In this document: positions 1 to 7,607 of the stretch, piece by piece | Position numbering within the stretch: the first letter of the stretch is position 1 | Layout of the letters: each line of letters opens with the position of its first letter | Assembly: GCA_019057635.1 (NCBI GenBank) | Contig: DXJL01000055.1 | Span: 1 to 11,312 of the forward strand | Reading direction: 5' to 3' | From: Candidatus Heimdallarchaeota archaeon | GTDB lineage: Archaea; Asgardarchaeota; Heimdallarchaeia; Hodarchaeales; Hodarchaeaceae | Length of the DNA stretch: 11,312 nucleotides | Made by a program: the position numbers and the translations under genes | The notes under the pieces: generated by a model | The model's input: only the letters and a program-made list of their open reading frames with translations | The model's database searches: none | What the model was told of the DNA's origin: nothing

Positions 1-711
1 CTCTATCTAAGTCGGATCCAAAATAATCTCTCCAACCGTTTATCGGAAGTGCATTTTATTCGCACCAACTCCGCATTTATTTTCATTCCCGAAGAAGAAT
101 TGGATAATTATATGCCTTATATGAGAACTTACTTTATAGAGCAGATCTTACGAGTACGTGCACTGCTGTTCTGCTATTTCACACTGAATATAGAAATTGA
201 TAAAATTAACAGACGATTTTCTGAACTAAAAACGAGCTTACCAGCCATTGAAAATGAGATTTTGCTAGTAGAAGATTTTGAAAGATTGATTGAAAGGCTA
301 GCCTCCCAGGTGTTCAATGAACGGATTATCAATAGACGAGCACACAGTAAAAAGGTTCTTGATACCTGTTATTCCCTTTTTCGAATTGAAACAACAGCAA
401 CTACTATTCAAGATAAGATCAATAACATGCAAAGTGCATTTAATTCTGTACAAGACAAACACCAACAAAATATGGCCTCTCAGCAAATACTCTGGATTTC
501 AATATTAACTATTTTAACTGGTTCACAAGTCATGTTTGCCTTGAAGGATAAAGTATTGGGGATATTAGGTATTGTTGAGACCGATCCTACAGCTCAACTT
601 ATTGATAGTGTCCTCTGGATAATTCTCGGGATTGTCCTTGTTCTTTCTGTTTGGATTTTTGTTTGGCCTTTTATTAGTAGCAAAATTGATTCAAGAAAAC
701 TGAAAACATAA
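1..711 (+). CDS. 5'-truncated membrane protein: long helical/coiled-coil region followed by two C-terminal TM helices (CorA-like or RMD1/DUF155-like architecture, no GMN motif)
   Basis: Frame 1 is open from base 1 (LYLSRIQNNLSNRLSEVHF...), so the GTG at 49 is probably internal. Amphipathic helices (EIDKINRRFSEL, TIQDKINNMQSAFNSVQDKHQQ) precede hydrophobic segments QILWISILTILTGSQVMFAL and VLWIILGIVLVLSVWIFVWPFI and a basic tail SKIDSRKLKT. Stop TAA 709-711. The family is uncertain. Confidence 0.6.
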   Translation, partial: LYLSRIQNNLSNRLSEVHFIRTNSAFIFIPEEELDNYMPYMRTYFIEQILRVRALLFCYFTLNIEIDKINRRFSELKTSLPAIENEILLVEDFERLIERLASQVFNERIINRRAHSKKVLDTCYSLFRIETTATTIQDKINNMQSAFNSVQDKHQQNMASQQILWISILTILTGSQVMFALKDKVLGILGIVETDPTAQLIDSVLWIILGIVLVLSVWIFVWPFISSKIDSRKLKT

Positions 712-796
712 TTGGGTAATGGCTGGGTTTAACATCGACGATAAATATCTCAACTAATTGACTTTAAAACTAAATAATCACAATATAACATCCCAT

Positions 797-801
797 GGAG
801 G
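797..801 (+). promoter_or_regulatory. Shine-Dalgarno site for the first MDR gene
   Basis: GGAGG 7 nt upstream of the in-frame GTG at 809; a TTTAAAA box lies at 763-769. Confidence 0.6.
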
Positions 802-808
802 AATACTT

Positions 809-1807
809 GTGAAAGCTATTATTTGGACAAAATTCGGACCCCCCAACGTACTTCAACTCCAAGAGGTAGACAAACCTATTCCTAAAGATAACGAAGTCCT
901 TGTGAAAATATTTGCGACTACAGTAACAGCAGGAGATTGTGAAGCGCGTAACCTCAAATTCCCGATCTGGATACGGTTTCCCATGCGAGCATATGTGGGT
1001 TTCAGAAAACCAAAGAGAATAACTATACTAGGGCAAGAGATAGCTGGGGAAATTGAAGTAGTAGGCAAAGATGTAACACTATACAAGAAAGGGGACCAAG
1101 TTTTTGGGACTACCACTGGTTTTAGTATGGGTGGTTATGCTGAGTACATAAGTCTGCCCGATGAAATTAAAGATGCTGTACTAGCACTAAAGCCGTCTAA
1201 TATGAGTTATGAGGAAGCCACCACCATTCCTGTGGGGGGACTTAATGCTTTGCATTTTCTTAGAAAAGGAAATATTCAACCAGGACAAAAGGTGTTGATT
1301 AATGGAGCTGGTGGTAGTATTGGGACTATGGCAATACAACTTGCCAAGTCTTACTATGGAGCTGAAGTGACCGCTGTAGATAGTACTGGTAAATTGGACA
1401 TGCTATGTTCCATTGGTGCGGACAAGGTCATCGATTTTACGAAAGAGGATTTTACCAAACGTGGTGAGTCCTATGATGTCATTTTTGACATTGTAGGCAA
1501 GAGTTCCTATTCAGGTTGTATAAATTCGTTAAACAAAAATGGAATCTTCCTTATAGCTAATCCTACACTAACACGTATTATTCGAGGGTTCTGGACTTCG
1601 AAGACGAGTAGCAAGAAAGTAATAAGTAGGTTGGCGTCATATAAAACCGAAGATTTAGTTTTCCTCAAAGAGCTGATTGAGGCGGGAACGATTAAATCGG
1701 TCATTGATAGACGGTATCCGTTGGAACAGACTGTTGAGGCTCACGAGTATGTTGAAACAGGAAAAAAAATGGGTAATGTCATCATAACTATAGGCCATAT
1801 TAGATGA
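809..1807 (+). CDS. NAD(P)-dependent oxidoreductase, medium-chain dehydrogenase/reductase superfamily, Zn-independent quinone-oxidoreductase-like (copy 1)
   Basis: N-terminus (M)KAIIWTKFGPPNVLQLQEVDKPIPKDNEVLVKI, GroES-like domain ILGQEIAGEIEVVG...GDQVFG...GGYAEY, Rossmann motif VLINGAGGSIG, C-terminal VIDRRYPLEQTVEAHEYVETGKKMGNVII. GTG 809 is preferred over TTG 758 because of the SD and the family N-terminus. Ends TGA TAA. Confidence 0.92.
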   Translation: MKAIIWTKFGPPNVLQLQEVDKPIPKDNEVLVKIFATTVTAGDCEARNLKFPIWIRFPMRAYVGFRKPKRITILGQEIAGEIEVVGKDVTLYKKGDQVFGTTTGFSMGGYAEYISLPDEIKDAVLALKPSNMSYEEATTIPVGGLNALHFLRKGNIQPGQKVLINGAGGSIGTMAIQLAKSYYGAEVTAVDSTGKLDMLCSIGADKVIDFTKEDFTKRGESYDVIFDIVGKSSYSGCINSLNKNGIFLIANPTLTRIIRGFWTSKTSSKKVISRLASYKTEDLVFLKELIEAGTIKSVIDRRYPLEQTVEAHEYVETGKKMGNVIITIGHIR

Positions 1808-1873
1808 TAATTAGAAGAAACAATCTGATCGAGATAGCAACCTCTGAAGGATTATTTCTAAAATGGTGAAAAT

Positions 1874-2860
1874 ATGGAAAAAAGAGGTAAAATGCAAGCG
1901 ATTGTCCGCACGAAATATGGATCCCCGGACATTCTTGAATACAAAGAGATAGAAAAACCCATTCCCAAGGAAACTGAAGTATTAGTAAAAGTTTATGCTG
2001 CATCTCTAAATGCAGCTGACTTGGAATATCTTAGAGGTACGTTCTTGGTCCGTATCGGGAAACTTCGAAAACCACACAAGATACTCGGATCTGACGTAGC
2101 GGGGCGGGTTGATGTGGTTGGTAGTCACGTAAAACAGTTTCAACCAGGTGATGAGATATTCGTGGACTCATCCATGTATGGGTTTGGCGCGTTTGCTGAG
2201 TATGTATGTGTTCCTGAAAAGGCATTAGCGCTGAAACCGGTCAGCATGACGTTTGAGGAAGCAGCGACCTACCCTCAAGCGGCAATTCTCGCCCTGCAGG
2301 GTCTTCGCGATAAAAGACAGATTCAGCCAGGACAAAAGGTTTTGATCAATGGAGCGGGTGGTGGTGTGGGTACCTTTGCGGTGCAGATTGCCAAGTATTT
2401 TGGAGCAGAAGTGACTGGTGTCGACAGCACGGAGAAATTGGACATGGTACGCTCGATTGGGGCAGATCATGTCATAAACTATACTACCACTGACTTTACC
2501 AAAAGTGGGCAACGTTATGACCGGATTCTTGATGTTGTAGCAGATCGTTCAATTTTCGATTATAATCGTGCTTTGACTCCAAAGGGAACTTTTGTCGCGG
2601 TCGGAGGTTCCACGGCTCGATTATTCCAAGCTTTGTTTCTAGGACCATTGATTTCATTGTTTGGGAGTAAGAAGTTGGGTGTCGTGATTTGGAAACCAAA
2701 CAATAAAGATAATTTGGTTTTTTTGACTGAACTTTTTGAAGCTGGCAAAGTTGTACCTGTTATAGATAAACGTTACCCGTTAAGTGAAGTTCCTGAAGCT
2801 CTCCGGTATCTTGAAACAGGACACGTCCAAGGAAAAGTAGTTATAACTATGGAACATTAA
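1874..2860 (+). CDS. NAD(P)-dependent oxidoreductase, MDR superfamily, Zn-independent quinone-oxidoreductase-like (copy 2)
   Basis: MQAIVRTKYGSPDIL..., SLNAAD, ILGSDVAGRVDVVG, GAFAEY, VLINGAGGGVG, VIDKRYPLSEVPEALRYLETGHVQGKVVI. GGTGA at 1865-1869 precedes ATG 1874; alternative start ATG 1892. Confidence 0.92.
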   Translation: MEKRGKMQAIVRTKYGSPDILEYKEIEKPIPKETEVLVKVYAASLNAADLEYLRGTFLVRIGKLRKPHKILGSDVAGRVDVVGSHVKQFQPGDEIFVDSSMYGFGAFAEYVCVPEKALALKPVSMTFEEAATYPQAAILALQGLRDKRQIQPGQKVLINGAGGGVGTFAVQIAKYFGAEVTGVDSTEKLDMVRSIGADHVINYTTTDFTKSGQRYDRILDVVADRSIFDYNRALTPKGTFVAVGGSTARLFQALFLGPLISLFGSKKLGVVIWKPNNKDNLVFLTELFEAGKVVPVIDKRYPLSEVPEALRYLETGHVQGKVVITMEH

Positions 2861-3028
2861 CAAAACCTAAATACACGGATATTCAGGTCTCAGAAAGTCA
2901 TACTTCAACTTTTTCCGCGTTCAGAACCGCACTCGCTACTTTAAATCCTTGATTATTGAAATCCTCTTCTTACTTTAGTTCTGTAAAAGTTGTATTCAGA
3001 TTTAGAGAATCGCAAGCAAAAGTATTAG

Positions 3029-5299
3029 ATGTTCATCTCTCTGATGATACTTGGGTTTAAAGTTATGTTTCCCTTTATTACAAAGCAAACTATGGTATTA
3101 GAAAGCTTATTGGCTCAAGGGAACATCAGTCAAGCACTAAACCAGCTAGAAGAAATGCTCTCAACTAGTGATAAAACCAAGACTAAGTTTAAAACTTTGG
3201 TACTTTTGAAGATTTATCTGTTATTACTAAATAATGCGGCTGAAGACGCTCATCAGCTTGCGGAAACAATTATAACTTCTGCAAAGGAAACTGTAGAGCC
3301 CTCCTTAATCTGTGATGTTTTCATCCTCAAAGCTGAGTCCCATCGAGCTCTCGGAAATTTCAGTGGATCAGAGGCAATACGTCACCCAACAGTGTATATG
3401 GAAATTTTACCAGAATATTTACCTGAATACGAAAACTTAATTAGCTTATATGATAAACAAATTGAAATTTTGGGTGGCAGGGATAATTTGGATAATTCTA
3501 TGAGAACAGCATGGTTTTTAACATTCAAAGGGATAATATTAATGACAAAAAGAGAGGTAAAACCAGCTCTTAGTGTATTAACTGATAGTTTGAATCTGTT
3601 TCAAGACATGAATTATATGGATGGGGTAGCTAGGGCATTAAAGACAATTGGTTCTTTATATGGTATTATGGGAAAAATTCCTAAGGAGATTCAGTATCTT
3701 GAGAAGAGTCGTAAAATCTTCCAACAATTGAATTTTCAGAGAGAAGTTGCATGCCTAACCCTTAGAATAGGAATATTAAACTATAATTATCTCAGTGAAA
3801 CAAAAGAAGGTTTAAAACAAATATTGGATAGTTTAACCATCTTTGAATCAATTAACGACAAGCAAGGAATAGCAGTTGCTCTGAATTTTTTAGGAAATTT
3901 ATACACTTGGCTAGGTGAACTTGATCGAGGGCTAGGATTTCTACAACGGAGTATGTTTAGCTCAGAACGTCTAGGAAACATGGAAAATTTATCTCTGACC
4001 TTAAACAATATTGGTTGGAATCATCATACTAGAGGGGAGTTGGATCTTGCATTGGAATCATTGAATCGTAGTTTGACTTTATCTCGAGAAAAGCAATTTC
4101 CGTGGATTTTGATATGGACTTTATCCAATATAGGTTTAGTCAACCAAGCAAAAAGCGATTTTGATACGGCATGTGGTTATTACACACAGAGTATTAACGT
4201 GAGTGACGATATCAATGATTATTTGGCATGCTCGTGGAGTCTTTATCATGTCATTAAACTTACTCTGGATACCAATTCTCTCACGAATACTAAAGCGTAC
4301 ATTGAAAGACTAGAAAAATCGTCAAATCGTTATCAATTAACACTTATGAGTCAAATGTTTCGTGTCTCTGAAGCATTAATCTTAAAGACGAGTAATCGTT
4401 TAAGAGATAAAGCTAAAGCACAGGAATTATTAGAAAATGTAGCCAATGAGAAAGTTCGAGCACTAGAAGTTACAGCGGACGCTATCATCAATTTATGTGA
4501 TATATTGTTATTTGAATACAAGATTTCCGCAGATACAACTGTTCTAAAGGAGTTAGAAGAGCTATCTGATAGATTCCTTGTCATTGCTGAAGAACAGAAC
4601 TCCCATTCCCTTCTCTCTGAGGGATATCTTTTGAAGTCAGAAATTGCCCTACTGCTTGATGATATTCCGCTAGCAAAACGACTCATTGATCAAGCCCAAA
4701 CTATCGCTGAAGAGAAAGGATTACAGAAATTAGCGATCGCAATTTCACGAGAATATGATGCCATAATGGATCAGATAAATACATTTGATATTGAAACTGG
4801 TAATCTTAAAATACGTAATGAAATTGAAATTGAAAAAGTAGAGAATTTATTAGATCGGATGACAACGCAAAATATTGCCGCTGTATCAAGAGTTGTCCCA
4901 GAAAAACCTGAAATGCTGTTAATCATAACTGAAGGTGGGATGACATTATTTTCTCATCATTTCAATCCTGAAGGTAACTTTAAGAGTCAATTAGTTGGAG
5001 GTTTTCTCTCAGCTATCGAATCATTTAGTAACGAGGTGTTTTCCAGTTCTATTGAACGAGTGAAATTGGGTGAGTACAGGTTAATCTTTCATTCGTATCT
5101 CTTTCTTACATTCGCCTATGTTTTCAAGGGGGAATCCTATTCTGCTATAAAAAAAATGAAGGCTTTAATTTCTTCACTCGAATCAGCAGACGATATATGG
5201 ACTTCAATCAAGGAGAATGTAAATACGGGAAAACTTCTTTCTGATAAAGAGGAATCGGTCATTATTAATTACATTCAGAAAATATTCCCTTTAACTTAA
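3029..5299 (+). CDS. Large tetratricopeptide-repeat protein with a C-terminal longin-like domain
   Basis: 40-aa-periodic TPRs: ALNFLG at 3878, TLNNIG at 3998, TLSNIG at 4118. A helical block shared with the next gene follows, then a ~130-aa alpha/beta domain from ~4901 (MLLIITEGGMTLFSHHF...QLVGGFLSAIESFSNEVFSSSIERVKLGEYRLIFHSYLFLTFAYVFKG) with a beta-beta-alpha-beta-beta-beta-alpha-alpha pattern. Start uncertain (3029, 3065 or 3092). Confidence 0.85.
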   Translation: MFISLMILGFKVMFPFITKQTMVLESLLAQGNISQALNQLEEMLSTSDKTKTKFKTLVLLKIYLLLLNNAAEDAHQLAETIITSAKETVEPSLICDVFILKAESHRALGNFSGSEAIRHPTVYMEILPEYLPEYENLISLYDKQIEILGGRDNLDNSMRTAWFLTFKGIILMTKREVKPALSVLTDSLNLFQDMNYMDGVARALKTIGSLYGIMGKIPKEIQYLEKSRKIFQQLNFQREVACLTLRIGILNYNYLSETKEGLKQILDSLTIFESINDKQGIAVALNFLGNLYTWLGELDRGLGFLQRSMFSSERLGNMENLSLTLNNIGWNHHTRGELDLALESLNRSLTLSREKQFPWILIWTLSNIGLVNQAKSDFDTACGYYTQSINVSDDINDYLACSWSLYHVIKLTLDTNSLTNTKAYIERLEKSSNRYQLTLMSQMFRVSEALILKTSNRLRDKAKAQELLENVANEKVRALEVTADAIINLCDILLFEYKISADTTVLKELEELSDRFLVIAEEQNSHSLLSEGYLLKSEIALLLDDIPLAKRLIDQAQTIAEEKGLQKLAIAISREYDAIMDQINTFDIETGNLKIRNEIEIEKVENLLDRMTTQNIAAVSRVVPEKPEMLLIITEGGMTLFSHHFNPEGNFKSQLVGGFLSAIESFSNEVFSSSIERVKLGEYRLIFHSYLFLTFAYVFKGESYSAIKKMKALISSLESADDIWTSIKENVNTGKLLSDKEESVIINYIQKIFPLT
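3407..3430 (+). repeat. In-frame 12-bp tandem duplication encoding LPEY-LPEY
   Basis: TTACCAGAATAT / TTACCTGAATAC: 10/12 identical, both differences synonymous. Confidence 0.5.
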
Positions 5300-5345
5300 T
5301 CGTATTTAAAGACCTCTGAAACTAAGGACGTGGGTGTTGTATTTT

Positions 5346-5363
5346 TTCGTTTAGATTCGTTTA
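5346..5363. repeat. Direct repeat TTCGTTTA x2 with 10-bp period, between the two TPR genes
   Basis: TTCGTTTA at 5346-5353 and 5356-5363. The repeat is directly visible; its function is unknown. Confidence 0.45.
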
Positions 5364-5544
5364 CTTAAATTTTTAAAGATAATTTTTCAATTTTTGTGAA
5401 CAGATAGATGTTTCTAGTAACATTCATTAAATTCTTCATTATGAGAAACAATTACGAATAAAATTCAAATAACGAAAAGATCTGTACATTAACATCGCGG
5501 AAGTAGCCTATTTACTTTTCTTTAATACAGGAGATAACACTTTA

Positions 5545-7242
5545 ATGAGTATAGAAGAAGAATTAAAGCAAATAATGATTTTTATATATGAGGGTCAGTA
5601 CAAAAAAGCACTTCTGAAAGTCGAAGAAACGGGGAAAAAACCAGGATTATCTGATACAGATACTATTCTATTATTACTTCGCAAAAGTGAGATTCTTGAC
5701 TTAATGGGAGAGTACAACCAAGCTTTTGACATAGCTCATCATTCATACCAGAAAAGCAAAAATTTAGAAAAACCACTGCTCATGGTAGATTCAATTGTTA
5801 GAAAAAGTTTCTCTTTACTGGCATCTCATAAAAGTGAGGGGTGTAATGATTTGATTGAATTAGCTGAAGGAATGATTAACAATGTTCCAAAAGCGCAATC
5901 TAATAAAATAAAAAGAAGAAAAGCAGCCTTATATAATCTTCAAGCTCAAATCAAAAAAAATCAAGGGGAGATCGATAAAGCACTCGAATATGGGGAGAAG
6001 AGTTTGTCCTTATATAAAGAATTAGGTATGAAACTGGAATCAGGATTTGCGCTCAAATTGATCGGTTCAGTATATGTTGCTAAGGGGGAATTGCAACGTG
6101 CTCTTGATTATTTCGTGGAAATTAGGAATACTGGAGAAGAATTAAACCATATGTTGCTTCGTGCGTACTCTTACTACACGATTGGGGGAGTTTATCTTAG
6201 TTTGGGGGAGTTGGATCAATCAATAAACTATTATCACAAATGTCTAGCTTTAAAAGAAACTTTACCTTTTACTTTGAAAGAGAACACCTTAAATAATATA
6301 GGAATAGCATTAGTATACAAAGGGGAGATAAATCAGGGTTTAGAGTATTATCAACAAAGTCTAGCCTTAAATGAGGCTCATGATAACAAAAAAGCTATTG
6401 CTATAAACCTCGGTAATATAGGAGAAGTTTATGTTGAAAAAGAAGATTTATCATCAGCTTCCGAATGTTTTAAAAGAGCTTTAGATATTTATAGAAATTT
6501 AGAACAGGATTGGGGAATAGCTGAAATCCTTTATGTTATAATGAGAAATTTTGTTGGTAATCTTTCCCCTGAAACTATTTCGAGCTATTTAGATGAGTTC
6601 CAGGAAATATACAAAAGACGAAAAGACATTCCACTGATCACACAGAAATATCGTTTATCCAAAGCCATAGTTCTAAAAAATAGCAAGAGATTATCTGATA
6701 AAATGCAGGCATTGGCAATATTTCAAGAAATAGCAAAAGAAGAAATTGTATGGTATGAATTAACGATTTCAGCTTTACTAAACCAGAGTGAATTATTATT
6801 ATTCGAATTAAAAACAACTCACGATGAAACTGTTCTGAAAGAAGTGAAAATACTTTCTGAAAAGCTACAATCCATTAGTAAAGAAAATAATTCTTATTGG
6901 TTACTTACAGAAACCTACTTATTGCAGTTTAAGCTAGCTTTGATGGAATTAAATATAGAATCAGCCCAAGAATTGTTAAACGAAGCAGAAAAGATAGCAA
7001 AGGAGAAAAACTTAATCAAACTATTGAAAACAATTGCTATTGAACAAGATTTACTTGTAAATCAATTTGAAGATTGGAAGAGAATCTTTGATCAAAAACC
7101 CTCCATGCGAGAAAGAATAGAATTAACGCACTTAGAAACATTAATTGAGCGTATGCTTAATAAGAAGTTGTATCATAACGAAAAGGAGATTATGGAGTAT
7201 GCTCAAGAAGCAAGATCTTTAGTTGAAGTATGGGGGAAATAG
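5545..7242 (+). CDS. Tetratricopeptide-repeat protein, paralogue of 3029..5299 lacking the longin-like domain
   Basis: TPR units (YYTIGGVYLSLGELDQSINYYHKCL; NTLNNIGIALVYKGEINQGLEYYQQSL; INLGNIGEVYVEKEDLSSASECFKRAL, the last two 40 aa apart). The block RLSKAIVLKNSKRLSDKMQA...LLFELK...YLL...AKEKNL matches the upstream gene. SD AGGAGA at 5529-5534. Confidence 0.9.
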   Translation: MSIEEELKQIMIFIYEGQYKKALLKVEETGKKPGLSDTDTILLLLRKSEILDLMGEYNQAFDIAHHSYQKSKNLEKPLLMVDSIVRKSFSLLASHKSEGCNDLIELAEGMINNVPKAQSNKIKRRKAALYNLQAQIKKNQGEIDKALEYGEKSLSLYKELGMKLESGFALKLIGSVYVAKGELQRALDYFVEIRNTGEELNHMLLRAYSYYTIGGVYLSLGELDQSINYYHKCLALKETLPFTLKENTLNNIGIALVYKGEINQGLEYYQQSLALNEAHDNKKAIAINLGNIGEVYVEKEDLSSASECFKRALDIYRNLEQDWGIAEILYVIMRNFVGNLSPETISSYLDEFQEIYKRRKDIPLITQKYRLSKAIVLKNSKRLSDKMQALAIFQEIAKEEIVWYELTISALLNQSELLLFELKTTHDETVLKEVKILSEKLQSISKENNSYWLLTETYLLQFKLALMELNIESAQELLNEAEKIAKEKNLIKLLKTIAIEQDLLVNQFEDWKRIFDQKPSMRERIELTHLETLIERMLNKKLYHNEKEIMEYAQEARSLVEVWGK

Positions 7243-7311
7243 ATTTATTGTTAACCAAGTCCTAGAATTTTATATCACAAAGAGACGAATGATTTCTTCA
7301 ATTGGATCAAA

Positions 7312-7581
7312 CTAACGTTTTATTCTTCTTATCTCGTATACCACAGGGTTCCATGCGTCAGGACAAGCATGGGTACTAACATCAGGATCTTCTAACCATG
7401 GGAATTCAGCTCCGTACGCTAATGCAAATACCTTAGGCAGAATCGAATTTAAGGAATGTAAGCACAACATTCCCTCAATTTTGTTGTCTTTATAAGAAAT
7501 GAGTATCTCATCTCCTACTTTATGACCTGCAGCACAAGTTCCTTCCTGTTTGATGACTTTTAATCGAATATCATAAGTCAA
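7312..7581 (-). CDS. TIGR04076-family-like small protein with three conserved-pattern cysteines (possible metal/Fe-S binding)
   Basis: GTCAAGHKVGDE, MLCLHSL, GAEFPW, CPDAWNPVVYEIRRI match the pattern I recall for TIGR04076. TTG start with AGGAG SD at 7593-7597 (- strand). Confidence 0.8.
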   Translation of the reverse strand: MTYDIRLKVIKQEGTCAAGHKVGDEILISYKDNKIEGMLCLHSLNSILPKVFALAYGAEFPWLEDPDVSTHACPDAWNPVVYEIRRIKR

Positions 7582-7607
7582 AAATTAACCAACTCCTGAA
7601 AATTCCA

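Noticed and set aside
758-808. TTG start at 758 for the first MDR
   Set aside because: Family similarity begins at GTG 809, which has a GGAGG SD; the extension looks like AT-rich promoter DNA.
1805-1810. Possible selenocysteine/read-through at the TGA ending MDR copy 1
   Set aside because: TGA is immediately followed by TAA and falls at the natural family C-terminus; no SECIS-like hairpin was seen.
298-2748. Short alternative-frame/antisense ORFs (298-486, 317-508, 853-1116, 1507-1704, 1800-2003, 2031-2225, 2225-2512, 2496-2699, 2560-2748)
   Set aside because: All overlap longer, better-supported genes and show no recognisable motifs; they are shadow ORFs.
2861-3028. ncRNA, tRNA or CRISPR repeat in the spacer after the MDR pair
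   Set aside because: No cloverleaf, regular repeats or stable stem could be found by eye.
3787-4686. Antisense ORFs 3787-4008 and 4351-4686
   Set aside because: Ser-rich mirror translations of the Glu/Leu-rich TPR gene.
729-5497. TTAACATCG at 729-737 and 5489-5497 (TAACATC also at 786-792) as a shared regulatory motif
   Set aside because: Short, non-palindromic, at inconsistent distances from start codons; compatible with chance.
7243-7311. Bidirectional terminator between the convergent TPR and TIGR04076-like genes
   Set aside because: No convincing stem-loop or long T tract was seen.
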